DNA of 64,000 nucleotides from Lysobacterales bacterium (GCA_016721015.1 JADKJL010000008.1:32472-96471); one strand, 5' to 3'. Shown: positions 29,201 through 38,565, numbered from the stretch's first letter. The notes: a model not told the origin generated them from the sequence alone. Numbers and translations are program-made.

Positions 29201-29263
29201 GAGCTGGTGGACACGACACTCGCGGAGTGGAATCGAGTGAGTGCTGACAAGCCAGCACCCTAG
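26201..29263 (+). CDS. Exported BNR/Asp-box (Sortilin-VPS10-like) repeat protein
   Basis: Signal peptide MFGRPLLLLALSFASVAAIAQ. At least 10 S/T-x-D-x-G-x-T/S-W boxes (SNDAGRTW, SIDAGKTW, SNDGGAHW, SVDGGDSW, SDDAGASW, TRDGGEHW, TDDAGEHW, TRDAGKSW...). Confidence 0.85.
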   Translation: MFGRPLLLLALSFASVAAIAQVDPHAFDHLDWRLVGPFRGGRVLAAAGVPGQPQHFYFGSVNGGVWESNDAGRTWQPIFDDQPIGSIGALAIAPSDPNVIYVGSGEADMRSDIAQGDGMYKSIDAGKTWRKIGLEDSQQIGRIIIDPDDAKRVYVAALGHAYGPNTQRGVFRSNDGGAHWQKILGKDDATGAIDLAFEPGNAKVIYAAMWQARRTPWNVYPPASGPGSGLYKSVDGGDSWKPVRGDGFAEGKVGRMGIAVAPNQPNRVYAIVDGDSGGLYRSDDAGASWKLTSSDNRIWQRGWYFGRITIDPTNPDRIYVMNTIVLRSDDGGSTFIPLKGDNTGDDFHDLWIDPADPQRRILAVDQGALVSVNSGETWSSWHNQPTAQMYHIITDDRFPYRIYGAQQDSGAIALPSRGNSRNGITMMQFSEVTAGGESGMIAPDPRDPDIIYGGRVDKLDLRTEQTRSVDPTLAEPDIYRNTWTLPLAFDARDPATLYYGNQKIWRTRDGGEHWQAISPDLTRENPPIPANLDKVTAANNLGNGPRRGVVYAIASSPLKDQRIWAGTDDGLVWRTDDAGEHWDNVTPKELGAWSKVGIIEPSHFDADSAYVAIDRHRLEDRKPYLYRTRDAGKSWQLIVTGIRDGDFVNAVREDPKRKGLLYAATELGMYISFDDGDHWQSLQKNLPRTSVRDIDVHGDDLVIGTHGRGIWILDNISALRQLDPSSASATQLFEPATAIRYREADFTGTPLPKDEPMAANPKSGAQIDYRLGSDAKSPVSLSIRAPDGNVVRQWTSAQAPAKADVSKMGSAPEWIEQPTSLAASTGTHRFIWSLHYPSATNSKDPYADGIWAPPGRYKAELTVDGQTYAQSFTVVADPRVDLPDSAYKASFALAHKIEALQLQVGKASEEAGTLRKSMSEKRASKAGVANRKMLDAFEVRLNAITGSTPAANPFNAWSVPPKSIQSLTWLDRALGQLLAAVDGADAMPSPDSQTGYAKLAELVDTTLAEWNRVSADKPAP

Positions 29264-29550
29264 GGCAACGCTGATTAAGTGGCGCAACCGTCACGACACC
29301 TGTCTGCGTGCAGATCGCGGCGCGCTGACGCAGATGGACTGGCCGTCCTTCAAGGCAGCGCAACAAAGAAATGCGCGCAGACAGGTATCGCCTAACCGAT
29401 TGTTTTTACTAAAACAGGTGGCATTCAGAAGGTCCGCCAGCCGCACTGCGCGGCTCGTCAAGGCAACCAGCCTTCACTTCGCCACGCAGCACGACTGGCG
29501 AACCTTCTGAATGCCATGACGGTTGTGCCACTTAATCAGCGTTGCCCTAG
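29260..29550. mobile_element. 291-bp MITE-like element with 34-bp terminal inverted repeats
   Basis: ctagggcaacgctgattaagtggcgcaaccgtca (29260-29293) versus tgacggttgtgccacttaatcagcgttgccctag (29517-29550) match 33/34 as reverse complements. A nested inverted repeat (ggcattcagaagg) lies inside. There is no ORF. The ends are CTAG, so the TSD is ambiguous. Confidence 0.65.
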
Positions 29551-29670
29551 ATTGGGCTGAGCCTCAGCGAAGCCCAACATCGCGCGATTTTTCGCCGAAG
29601 AGGATGACCGATGCCGGGGTTCGCTGCTTTACGTAGGTTGGGCTGAGCGCAAGCGAAGCCCAACATCGCG
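29551..29670. repeat. Two REP copies (…TTGGGCTGAGC..AGCGAAGCCCAACATCGCG) at the 3' flank of the RAYT gene
   Basis: attgggctgagcctcagcgaagcccaacatcgcg (29551-) and gtaggttgggctgagcgcaagcgaagcccaacatcgcg (29633-29670), read directly. The second overlaps the RAYT C-terminal codons. Confidence 0.7.
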
Positions 29671-30198
29671 AATTGCATCCGGGCCTGCCGCAATCGATTC
29701 CGGATCACACGCCCATTCACTCGACACAATACCCGCGCGAACGTACCGGTGGATCGATGACCAAGGCCAATCCGTGGCCTTTTCTGCATGTCCGTGCTTG
29801 ACGGGGTTGATATGCACGTAATCAACGTGGCGCGCCAGATCGTCTTCATCTCGAATCAGATGCTCCCAATAACGGCGCTGCCAGATGCCTCGCTCACGCT
29901 TGCTTTTTCGACTGGTGGAGATTCGTTCGCCTTTCACAATGGAGCGCGAGAAACCCGACTTGATAAGCATCCATCGCAATGCGTAGTCATCGTCGTCATG
30001 CGGCAGGCTCCAAACCGCATGCAGATGATCCGGCAGCACGACCCAGGCGTCGATTCGAAACGGGTGGCGTTGCATGACGTGGGTCACACTTGCGCGCAAC
30101 GACGCCACGTTGTCCACAAGTAATTCGCTTTGTCGGTCGGCAAGATTGACCGTGAAGAAATACGTCCCTCCGGAGACAACGGTGCGCCGATACTTCAC
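29629..30198 (-). CDS. REP-associated tyrosine transposase (RAYT; IS200/IS605 TnpA-like Y1 transposase)
   Basis: GGTYFFTVN, the HUH motif in LPDHLHAVW, RGIWQRRYWEH, and the catalytic-Tyr region HVDYVHINPVKHG. REP sequences lie on both flanks. Confidence 0.85.
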   Translation of the reverse strand: MKYRRTVVSGGTYFFTVNLADRQSELLVDNVASLRASVTHVMQRHPFRIDAWVVLPDHLHAVWSLPHDDDDYALRWMLIKSGFSRSIVKGERISTSRKSKRERGIWQRRYWEHLIRDEDDLARHVDYVHINPVKHGHAEKATDWPWSSIHRYVRAGIVSSEWACDPESIAAGPDAIRDVGLRLRSAQPT

Positions 30199-30236
30199 GA
30201 TGCCTTCCTTGGTCAGCCGACCATTTCATGGTGTCA

Positions 30237-31095
30237 TATTTACCGATGTTGGGCTTCGCATACGCTCAGCGCCAACCTACAACCGCGGGCGTCACCCGTC
30301 CCGCCGCGTGCGCCGAATGCAGACGGTAGGGTGGTGCTGAGCACCAGCGAAGCCCAGGGTCGGAATATCCATCCAAGGCGAATACCTGATTCGCCACCGG
30401 AGGGCGTGCCGACGATGGCGAGGCTCTCGATGTTGGGCTTCGCATACGCTCAGCGCCAACCTACAACCGCGGGCGTCACCCATCAGGCCGCGTGCGCCGA
30501 ATGCAGACGGTAGGCTGGTGCTGAGCACCAGCGAAGCCCAGGGTCGGAATATCCATCCAAGGCGAATACCTGATTCGCCACCGGAGGGCGTGCCGACGAT
30601 GGCGAGGCTCTCGATGTTGGGCTTCGCATACGCTCAGCGCCAACCTACAAGCGCGGGCGTCACCCATCCCGCCGCGTGGGCCGAATGCAGACGGTAGGCT
30701 GGTGCTGAGCACCAGCGAAGCCCAGGGTCGGAATATCCATCCAAGGCGAATACCTGATTCGCCACCGGAGGGCGTGCCGACGATGGCAGAGCTCTCGATG
30801 TTGGGCTTCGCATACGCTCAGCGCCAACCTACAAGCGCGGGCGTCACCCATCCCGCCGCGTGGGCCGAATGCAGACGGTAGGCTGGTGCTGAGCACCAGC
30901 GAAGCCCAGCGTCAGAATATCCATCCAAGGCGAATACCTGATTCGCCACCGGAGGGCGTGCCGACGATGGCAGAGCTCTCGATGTTGGGCTTCGCATACG
31001 CTCAGCGCCAACCTACAACCGCGGGCGTCACCCATCCGGCCGCGTCGGCCGAATGCAGACGGTAGGCTGGCGCTAAGCCCAACCTACGCAAGATA
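30237..31095. repeat. Higher-order REP array: ~4.6 tandem copies of a 184-bp unit
   Basis: The unit marker gatgttgggcttcgca recurs at 30245, 30429, 30613, 30797 and 30981, an exact 184-bp period. Each unit holds an inverted REP, a ~45-bp spacer, a direct REP (ggtaggctggtgctgagcaccagcgaagcccagggtc) and a third hairpin (ggcgaatacctgattcgcc). Copies differ by only a few substitutions. Confidence 0.9.
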
Positions 31096-31163
31096 GCGAC
31101 ACTCGACGAATCAAAGATCATCAAAACCTATGTCAGATCTCAGCGGCGTCACCTGAGGTCGCC

Positions 31164-33623
31164 CTAGTCAAAACCGTCGGCAAAGATCCGGTCGAGCTGA
31201 CTGGCGCGGCATTGCGCGTCGCCGGATTCAACGACGATGTTGTCGATGGCCCAGCCACTGTTGGTGACGCCGGAATCGCTGGTCAGACGGAAGCGCAGCC
31301 TCAGGTCGGCGAGATTGTCGGTCGAGGCTGGCAATGCGATGCGGTTATTTTGCCAGGTTGTGCGACCCGAGCATTGATAGAGCGATGACCAACTCGCGCC
31401 GCCATTGATCGAGATCTCGACATTGCCGAAGTCGTAGCCGGCCTCGGTGTCGCAGCGATCATCAAAGCGCAGCACACTCTGGGCATGGCCAATCAGATCG
31501 ATTGAACGCGACAGGCTTTTATTCACGCTGTTGCCATAGCTTGGCGTAGCCCAGACAAAGCTGGTATTGCCGATCGTGGAGTTGTTGCGCACCCAGGGCG
31601 CCTCCGCAGTCCAGCCATTGGTTCCCGATTCCACACTGTCATCGAACGCCTTGCAGGTATTGAGCAAGGAGAAATCGCGAATCTGGGCAGCGCCAGCGAC
31701 CAGGGCCACGCCCGTCAGATCCTCCGACAGGTATCCCGGCGGTGCATCGACATGGATATCGACCGTACCTCCGTGCATCGGGCGTTGGTAGTTGCCATTG
31801 CCGGCATCACTGATCGTGCTGCGGTTTTCGCCGCTGACCGGGTTGCTGACCCGGATGCCCGCCGCCAGCGGCACACCACCCAGGCGCGCCGTGATCGTTC
31901 CGCTCAAGCTGGCAATCTCACTGGGCTGGGCGACATCGATGAAGACCGCGTTCGGACTGCCGAGCTCACCCGAGGCATCCTTTCCCTGCACAAACAGCAG
32001 ATGTTTGCCGCTGCCCAGGCCATTGGTGGCGATCGCGCCCTGCACATTCTCCGCCTTGCTGTCGAACGCACCGTCACTCGCAACGAGCGCGGCGATCGGC
32101 AACGCGCCTTCCCACGGCAGGCCGTCAAGATAGACCGCTGCTGCCGTGATGTTCTGGGCGGCCTCTGTACCATTGCTCTGGTTGAAGCGGGTGTCATCGA
32201 TGCGCGCACTCACGCTGACCGGTGATCCGGCAACAATCAGATCCGGACTGGCCGCGAGTGCGGTGACATCCGGTCCGCTGGGCAGCCGGTACGGTGCGTG
32301 CAGGCTGCGGGCGGCGTATCTCAGGGCGGCCAGATTGTCGGGAATGGTCTTGCTGGCCAGCATCGAACAGGATTCAAAGAAGGCCTGATCCAGCTCGAAG
32401 GTATAAGCGGGGACACCAAGCAAGCCATAGAAGCTGTCGTCGGTAGTGCCATCGGTGGGATACAACGTATCGGATTGTTCCGGCGAGTATTGATTGAACC
32501 AGGCCAGGCGTCGGCCAAATGCCTGCAGGGCCGGGCCGTTCGGTGCCGCGCTTGAGGTATCGCCCCAGGACCACAGCACGAGCTGGGCATAGCTGTGTAT
32601 GTCGAAGAAAATCCCGGCATAGTCGTCCGGTGCCGGGCTGCCGCCATCGCCGCCGACATTGCCCGGAGCCATCGGGCCGACACGCCGATCAGGCAGGACA
32701 CCGCCGACGCAGATTCCATCATTGCTGCAGGTGCCGGCAATGTAGCGGACCAGATTGTCGGTCTCCGGCTCGGACATGCGGGTCGGGCCGCGGTAGGTTT
32801 CGTTGCAGATCGAGCCACTCGAGCCGCCGTTGCCCGGCACGATGTTCCAGTGGAACGGGAAATTTCTATTCAGATCGATTCCCGAATTGTTGGAGTTGGT
32901 ATTGCAGGTGGCAGTCGCCGCATTCGTGTTCTTGCGCCACAAAATTCCCGATTCGGCTTTCTTGCGGCCGTCCGGATTGGCCTGCAGGATCAGATGGAAG
33001 TTTTCGTGATCGACCAGCCAGGTCGCTTCCGGATCGCTGCCGTAGTTGTCGAGCAGCCATTCGGCGAAGTGCGTGGTGACTTCGGCCGGCGCATATTCGC
33101 GGGCATGGATCGAACTGGTGACGACCATGTTCGGCTTGTCCGGGATCGTCGCATCGGTGGCCGAGTTGCCTATGCGCAAGACCCGCATCGAATAGCCCTG
33201 ACTCGAATTCTGCGTGCGCTGCCAGCTCGGGCCGATATCGATGACCTGGGCCAGGGTCGGGTGCGCGGCAGCCAACTGATCCATCGTCGTATAGGTCTCC
33301 TCGACCGTGCGATAGCAGGCGTAGGCGGGAATACCGCTGCGCGCCTCGCTGAATGCCTCGGCGTAGAAGGTGCGCATGTTGGCCGTGGTGGCCATGTCGA
33401 TGCGGTAGTCGACGCCAAGGTCTCCAAGCACGGCGAGCTGGGCGTCATCGGCGATCAGACTGACCGTGTGATGCTTGCGATCGATTTTCAGATGCTGGAA
33501 ATGCGGAGCGATCCGGGCCAGATCGGCGGGCGACTGCCAGGTCGCGTCGATCGCCCAATCATCAGCCGAGGCAGGGGTCGAGAGACTGGCTGCGAAGACC
33601 GCAAGAACCAACAGGATGCGCAT
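31164..33623 (-). CDS. Secreted M14 zinc carboxypeptidase with C-terminal accessory (MAM/CBM-like) domains; ends in the RIFADGFD tail
   Basis: Signal peptide MRILLVLAVFAASLSTPASA. SSIHAREYAPAE (HxxE zinc ligands) and FFDIHSYAQLVLWSWG (third His). 819 aa. Confidence 0.85.
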   Translation of the reverse strand: MRILLVLAVFAASLSTPASADDWAIDATWQSPADLARIAPHFQHLKIDRKHHTVSLIADDAQLAVLGDLGVDYRIDMATTANMRTFYAEAFSEARSGIPAYACYRTVEETYTTMDQLAAAHPTLAQVIDIGPSWQRTQNSSQGYSMRVLRIGNSATDATIPDKPNMVVTSSIHAREYAPAEVTTHFAEWLLDNYGSDPEATWLVDHENFHLILQANPDGRKKAESGILWRKNTNAATATCNTNSNNSGIDLNRNFPFHWNIVPGNGGSSGSICNETYRGPTRMSEPETDNLVRYIAGTCSNDGICVGGVLPDRRVGPMAPGNVGGDGGSPAPDDYAGIFFDIHSYAQLVLWSWGDTSSAAPNGPALQAFGRRLAWFNQYSPEQSDTLYPTDGTTDDSFYGLLGVPAYTFELDQAFFESCSMLASKTIPDNLAALRYAARSLHAPYRLPSGPDVTALAASPDLIVAGSPVSVSARIDDTRFNQSNGTEAAQNITAAAVYLDGLPWEGALPIAALVASDGAFDSKAENVQGAIATNGLGSGKHLLFVQGKDASGELGSPNAVFIDVAQPSEIASLSGTITARLGGVPLAAGIRVSNPVSGENRSTISDAGNGNYQRPMHGGTVDIHVDAPPGYLSEDLTGVALVAGAAQIRDFSLLNTCKAFDDSVESGTNGWTAEAPWVRNNSTIGNTSFVWATPSYGNSVNKSLSRSIDLIGHAQSVLRFDDRCDTEAGYDFGNVEISINGGASWSSLYQCSGRTTWQNNRIALPASTDNLADLRLRFRLTSDSGVTNSGWAIDNIVVESGDAQCRASQLDRIFADGFD

Positions 33624-33714
33624 GAGAGGGTTTCCGGGCGGGCCAAACCGCGCATCTTATCAGCCACCCGCCCGGATTTTCTGTCGACCCGATGGGATTG
33701 GGGAAAGCCTGAGA

Positions 33715-35097
33715 TCAGTCGAAGCCGTTCTTGAAAATCAGATCGACATTGATCCGGGCCAGACAGGAAGGGCTCGAACTCGCCCGTTGCTGCACGTGGG
33801 CGAACATGCGCGAAGGTACCCGCTCTGGTGCGACGCCATAGGGATGTCCCGTGCCGAAAGTCAGCGTTGTATTGCTGAATCCACCCGGGAGCAGATGGCA
33901 GTAGCTCATGATCGTTCCACTGCCCACGCCTTGCGGCCCCGGCAGCGAGGTTGCACCCGCGTAGCACCCATTTCCAGAGTTGGAACATTGGTCGATCGGC
34001 GATGCATTTCCGCCAATATTGTTGTAGCAATGAGTATGCGGCGAATTGAAATTGTGTCCAATTTCATGAGCAACTGAATCAACATCCCAGATCACGCTGG
34101 GATTCGCTGCATTGAAGTTCCCGGAAATTCCTTCGGTGGTGCCATAGCCGCCACCGTAATTTGCGGAATCAGAGAGCCCCGGGCAAGTTGTCGTTGTTTC
34201 CCCTACCTGCACGAGCGTGGCGGTAAATGGGCCGCTGCAAAGCACGCCGATCCATGCGATCCCGGCAGTTGTGGTCTTGCCGCTGAGGAAATGCATCGTC
34301 GTCCGCGAAGTTGCCGCCTGATTGTCGTTCCAGTACTTGCCGGACTCAAGCATCAGGCACGCAGGCTTGGTTTGCACGAACGGATCGGGCGACGCCCACA
34401 GGCGGAGGAAAGAAACCTGCATGTTGGTTTGCACTTCAGCATCGTAGATGGTCGAGATGAAGCCGATCAGGCTGCCGACATAGTTCGTTGCGGTGATCGT
34501 ATTGCCCGAAAAGCGTGCCAGGTATTCATTGTCTGTCTCGATCGCGATGCGCGCGGTGTAGGGCGCGGCCAGCGCTGACGAGGGAGCTACTCGCGGCTCA
34601 TCGGCATTGCTCGCCTGACTGCGCTCCATGTCGCCGATGGATTGGTCGTTCTCGCACTGAAAACTTCTTGCAGCGCCTGAACTCGTGTCGATGGCGTGCA
34701 AGCGCAAACTGCCATCGCCGCCGAACTTCAGCTGCTGAAACCCTGCGTTGTCCTGGATCAGGCCAAATTCCTCGCCGTTGTCCGGAATCGCGAGGATGCC
34801 GTTCATCTGCGTGCCCTGGACGCGGAAATAGCGCGTATTCGGGAGCGCAGCGTGCTCTTGCTTTCCATCCGCGCCGACGATGATCAACTCGGCATCCTGG
34901 GTGAATACCTGCATCGGCTGGATTTCGAGCGCGATATCCGAATCGCCATCACGATGGACGTTCAAGCTGAGGGCCCTGGTTGAATCAGGTGCCTGTGCGA
35001 GTAGTTGGTCGCGCGCAACCTGGCCAGCAGCCAGTGCATGGCTGGCGCCAATGCACAAAGCGATCCCGGTCGTCGCCATGACAAGAATAGGGCGCAT
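33715..35097 (-). CDS. Secreted reprolysin-like (metzincin-type) zinc metalloprotease; ends in the DLIFKNGFD tail
   Basis: Signal peptide MRPILVMATTGIALCIGASHALA. HEIGHNFNSPH zinc motif. RBS aggaaa. Confidence 0.8.
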   Translation of the reverse strand: MRPILVMATTGIALCIGASHALAAGQVARDQLLAQAPDSTRALSLNVHRDGDSDIALEIQPMQVFTQDAELIIVGADGKQEHAALPNTRYFRVQGTQMNGILAIPDNGEEFGLIQDNAGFQQLKFGGDGSLRLHAIDTSSGAARSFQCENDQSIGDMERSQASNADEPRVAPSSALAAPYTARIAIETDNEYLARFSGNTITATNYVGSLIGFISTIYDAEVQTNMQVSFLRLWASPDPFVQTKPACLMLESGKYWNDNQAATSRTTMHFLSGKTTTAGIAWIGVLCSGPFTATLVQVGETTTTCPGLSDSANYGGGYGTTEGISGNFNAANPSVIWDVDSVAHEIGHNFNSPHTHCYNNIGGNASPIDQCSNSGNGCYAGATSLPGPQGVGSGTIMSYCHLLPGGFSNTTLTFGTGHPYGVAPERVPSRMFAHVQQRASSSPSCLARINVDLIFKNGFD

Positions 35098-35183
35098 GGG
35101 ATTTTTCCTGCGTAATCGTGAATGCGGTGTAGTCGCGTCCAGTGTCGGTGAAGTGGGCGTTGCAGACTGTGAACCGACGCTGC

Positions 35184-36494
35184 CTATTCCTTGTAACCGA
35201 GAAAGTCGAGACTCGCCTGGAGCATCGCTTCGGTGGCGGTCTTCAGCGCGCCTTCGTCCACGAAGAAGCGCGGCGAATGGTTGAAGGCGACCTTGTCGGT
35301 GTCCTTGTCTGTCGGCGTGCCGCCGACAAAGAAATACACGCTCGGCGCCTTCGCGCCAAGGCCGAAGTAGGGGAAATCTTCCGATGCGGTCCAGCGTGAG
35401 GCTTCGAGTACGGATTCTTCGCCGAGCACTTTCTTCAGGCTCGAGGTAACCCGTCGGGTCAATGCCGGATCGTTGTAGTTGACCGGATTGCTGCCGTTGG
35501 CCGTCGGCACCTCGAGGTCAACTGTCGCGCCGTGCGCCTTGGCGACGTTTTCTGCAACTTGCCTCAACTCGGCCAGGGCCTGATCCCGCATGCCGGTATC
35601 AAAAGCGCGGAGCGTGCCTTGCAGTGAGGCCGTATCGGGCACGATGTTGAAACGCTGTCCGCCATCGAAGACGCCGAAGGTGATCACGACCGGATCCTTG
35701 TTGATATCCATGCGCCGGCTTACGATCGATTGCGCAGTCACCACGATGTCGGCACCCGCGACGATCGGATCGATGCCTCGCCACGGCGACGCGCCATGGG
35801 TCTGCACACCGTGCACCGTCATGCGGAAGGTATCCGAGCTGGCCATGATGCCGCCCGGGCGCAGGGCGACGTCGCCGACGTGATACGCGGAGGTGACATG
35901 CATGCCGAAAATTGCATCCGGCTTGAAATCCTTGAACACGCCCTGCTTGACCATCAGCTCGGCACCGCCCTCCTCGCCCGGCGGTGCGCCTTCCTCGGCC
36001 GGCTGGAAGATCATCATCACCTCACCGGGCAGATCCTTGCGCAAGCTGGCCAGCGCGCTGGCGACACCGAGCGTGGTCGAGGTGTGCACATCGTGGCCAC
36101 AGGCGTGCATGACGCCTACCTGCTTGCCCTGGTATTCGCCTTTCACCTTGGATGCAAACGGCAGGTCGACTTCTTCAGTGACAGGCAACGCGTCGATGTC
36201 GGCGCGAATGGCCAGCTTCGGCCCGGGTTTGCCGCCCTTCAGAATGCCGACAACGCCGGTGTGCGCAATGCCTGTGTGTACCTCGTAGCCGAGCTTCTTC
36301 AATTCGGCGGCGATAATTTTCGCCGTGCGCGTTTCGCGATTGCTCAGTTCCGGGTGCTCGTGGAGGTCACGGCGCACTGCGGTGATGTGCTCAAGCCTGG
36401 CATCGACCATGGATTCCACGGAAGTTTCCGCAGCAACAACGGCGGGTGCGAAAAGACAAAGGCAAACACTGGCGGCAAGCAGACGATGGCGCAT
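35184..36494 (-). CDS. Exported M20-family amidohydrolase (M20D aminoacylase/hippurate hydrolase-like)
   Basis: Signal peptide MRHRLLAASVCLCLFAPAVVAAE. HACGHDVHT, MIFQPAEEG and MHGVQTHGASPW-type blocks. Confidence 0.85.
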   Translation of the reverse strand: MRHRLLAASVCLCLFAPAVVAAETSVESMVDARLEHITAVRRDLHEHPELSNRETRTAKIIAAELKKLGYEVHTGIAHTGVVGILKGGKPGPKLAIRADIDALPVTEEVDLPFASKVKGEYQGKQVGVMHACGHDVHTSTTLGVASALASLRKDLPGEVMMIFQPAEEGAPPGEEGGAELMVKQGVFKDFKPDAIFGMHVTSAYHVGDVALRPGGIMASSDTFRMTVHGVQTHGASPWRGIDPIVAGADIVVTAQSIVSRRMDINKDPVVITFGVFDGGQRFNIVPDTASLQGTLRAFDTGMRDQALAELRQVAENVAKAHGATVDLEVPTANGSNPVNYNDPALTRRVTSSLKKVLGEESVLEASRWTASEDFPYFGLGAKAPSVYFFVGGTPTDKDTDKVAFNHSPRFFVDEGALKTATEAMLQASLDFLGYKE

Positions 36495-36731
36495 GGCGAT
36501 CTCCCGGAGGTCAACGCGCAGTCAAGCGCAGTCGCGGCAAGGATGCAACTGCCTGAAGCCATCGAAGGCGGATATCTGCACGTGGAATGCAGGAGCCCGT
36601 TTACGGGCGAGGCTTTTGCGATTCCCCACTCCCCACTCCCCACTCCCAACTCTCCTCTCCCGAGCATAGAGAGCATCGCGCCTGAAGGCGCTCATACATT
36701 GATAGGAAAGAATTGGCGATGCCTTACTTAT

Positions 36732-37826
36732 CTATCCGCAATGCTCGAGCGCGAGGTATTCCTCGCTCTGCATTTCGATCAGGCGTGATTCGGTGCGGGC
36801 GAAGACGGCACGGTGACGGCGGCCATCATAGAGGTCAATGATTGGAACCGCCGCCGAGAGCACCAGCTTGACCGCATGATCATAGAGTTCGTCGACAAGT
36901 TCGACGAAGCGCTGGGCGGCGTCTTCAGTCTGCGGGGTGAACTCGGGCACGCCCGAGATCAGCACCGTGTGATACGAGCGGGCCAGAAAGATGTAATCGG
37001 CAACTCCGCGCGGGCCGTCGCAGAGTGCATCGAACTCGAACCAGATCACGCCATCGCTTTCACGCTTGACCGGTACCGGCCGGTCATTGATCGTGAGACT
37101 GAAACTGGCCCGCTCGACGCCATGCGCAACGCGATGGAAGATCGCATTCATCGCACGCTCGGCGGCCGCATCCGGGGGGCTCAGATAGACCGGGGCCTGC
37201 TTGAGCGCGCGCAGTCGCCAATCGGTCGGTGAAACCAGCTCGGCGATTTCGCAGTGCTTCTCGATCAGGGCGATGGCTGACAGGAAGCGCTCGCGCTGCA
37301 ATCCATCCTTGTACAAGTTCATCGGCGCGGTATTCGAGGTTGTCACCAGCATCACGCCATCGGCAAACAGCGCCTTGAGCAGGTTGCCGAGGATCATCGC
37401 ATCGCCGATGTCGAGCACGAAGAACTCATCAAGGCAAAGCACCCGCGTCTTCGCCGCGATGCCCGCGGCAACGGCAACCAGTGGATCGCTGTGCCCGCTC
37501 AGGGAGCGCAGCTCAGCATGGATGCCCTGCATGAAGCGATGAAAATGCACACGCGTCTTCGCCTCGGTCGGCAAAGACTCGAAAAACAGATCCATCAGAA
37601 ATGTCTTGCCCCGGCCAACGCTGCCCCACAGGTAAAGGCCGCGTGGTGAATCGCGCTTTTGTCCGCGCAGGCGCTGCCAAAACGACATCGCCACCGGCTT
37701 GCCCAGCGCATCGAACATACGGTCGAACGCGGCCAGCACGGATTGCTGGGCGAGATCCGACTGCCACGCTCCCTCGGCGACGCCTTGCGCATAGCGCGCA
37801 CTCGGGCGCAGCGAAACCGGGCTCAT
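36732..37826 (-). CDS. zapE: Cell division protein ZapE (AFG1-like ATPase)
   Basis: Walker A LWGSVGRGKTFLMD, Walker B VLCLDEFFV. 364 aa. Confidence 0.85.
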   Translation of the reverse strand: MSPVSLRPSARYAQGVAEGAWQSDLAQQSVLAAFDRMFDALGKPVAMSFWQRLRGQKRDSPRGLYLWGSVGRGKTFLMDLFFESLPTEAKTRVHFHRFMQGIHAELRSLSGHSDPLVAVAAGIAAKTRVLCLDEFFVLDIGDAMILGNLLKALFADGVMLVTTSNTAPMNLYKDGLQRERFLSAIALIEKHCEIAELVSPTDWRLRALKQAPVYLSPPDAAAERAMNAIFHRVAHGVERASFSLTINDRPVPVKRESDGVIWFEFDALCDGPRGVADYIFLARSYHTVLISGVPEFTPQTEDAAQRFVELVDELYDHAVKLVLSAAVPIIDLYDGRRHRAVFARTESRLIEMQSEEYLALEHCG

Positions 37827-38530
37827 GCCGGATCGTTAGCCTTCGGCAGATACGGACGCATCGCATTCTTGATCGCGCCGCGAAGATCCATCAGGCGACG
37901 GTGGAAGAAGTGGCTGGTTTCCGGCATGCGCACGAGGTGCGGCGAGACATCGAGGTTCTCGATCCACTCGAACACGACTTGCGGATCGACGACTTCATCT
38001 TCTTCACCCTGCACGACCAGCCATGGACAATCCGGCAATTCGATCGCATCGAAATTCCAGCGTCCGACCGGCGGCGCGATCGTGATCAGGGCATCGGCAT
38101 CCAGCCGCATGGCGTTGCGCAATGCGACATAGCTGCCGAACGAGAAACCCGCCAACCACAGCGGCACGCCGGGTCGAACCGTGCGCGCCCAAGCGACCAC
38201 CGCGGCGAGATCATCGCTTTCCCCTTCGCCTTCATCGAAGGTGCCGGCAGACTTGCCAATGCCGCGGAAATTGAAGCGCACGGTATCGAGACCCAGTTCG
38301 CGCAAGGAGCGCTCGATGATTGTCACAACCTTGTTGTGCATGGTGCCGCCATGCAGCGGATGCGGGTGACAGATGACGGCGATGCCGACAGCCGGCGCCT
38401 TGCCCTTGGTCTCACCGGGTTCGCTGGCTGCTTCGAGGTCGCCAGCCGGGCCGGACAGCAGAAAGCCTGCGGCCTCACCCGGAAAAATGGAGGGCGCGGA
38501 ATGGGAAGAATTGTCGCTCATGCCGCGCAT
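37823..38530 (-). CDS. Alpha/beta-fold hydrolase (COG2945-like)
   Basis: ICHPHPLHGGTMHNKVV and GFSFGS (GxSxG). Overlaps the zapE start by 4 nt. Confidence 0.75.
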   Translation of the reverse strand: MRGMSDNSSHSAPSIFPGEAAGFLLSGPAGDLEAASEPGETKGKAPAVGIAVICHPHPLHGGTMHNKVVTIIERSLRELGLDTVRFNFRGIGKSAGTFDEGEGESDDLAAVVAWARTVRPGVPLWLAGFSFGSYVALRNAMRLDADALITIAPPVGRWNFDAIELPDCPWLVVQGEEDEVVDPQVVFEWIENLDVSPHLVRMPETSHFFHRRLMDLRGAIKNAMRPYLPKANDPA

Positions 38531-38565
38531 GATACCGTGAAGCTTCGCCCGCGCCTGCTGTCCCG

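Noticed and set aside
30292-31035. Series of nearly identical 78-aa minus-strand ORFs (MLSTSLPSAFG...)
   Set aside because: They recur with the 184-bp period of the REP array and are translation artefacts of the repeat, not a gene family.
30237-31095. Possible CRISPR array (regularly spaced palindromic repeats)
   Set aside because: The inter-repeat segments are themselves identical from unit to unit, so there are no unique spacers. The period is 184 bp, the repeats match the RAYT-associated REP consensus, and no cas genes are present.
36624-36651. (CCCCACT)x3 plus a degenerate fourth unit upstream of the M20 amidohydrolase gene
   Set aside because: The repeat is real, but three units are too few to argue for slipped-strand phase variation. 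It is noted only as a second heptamer tract in the window.
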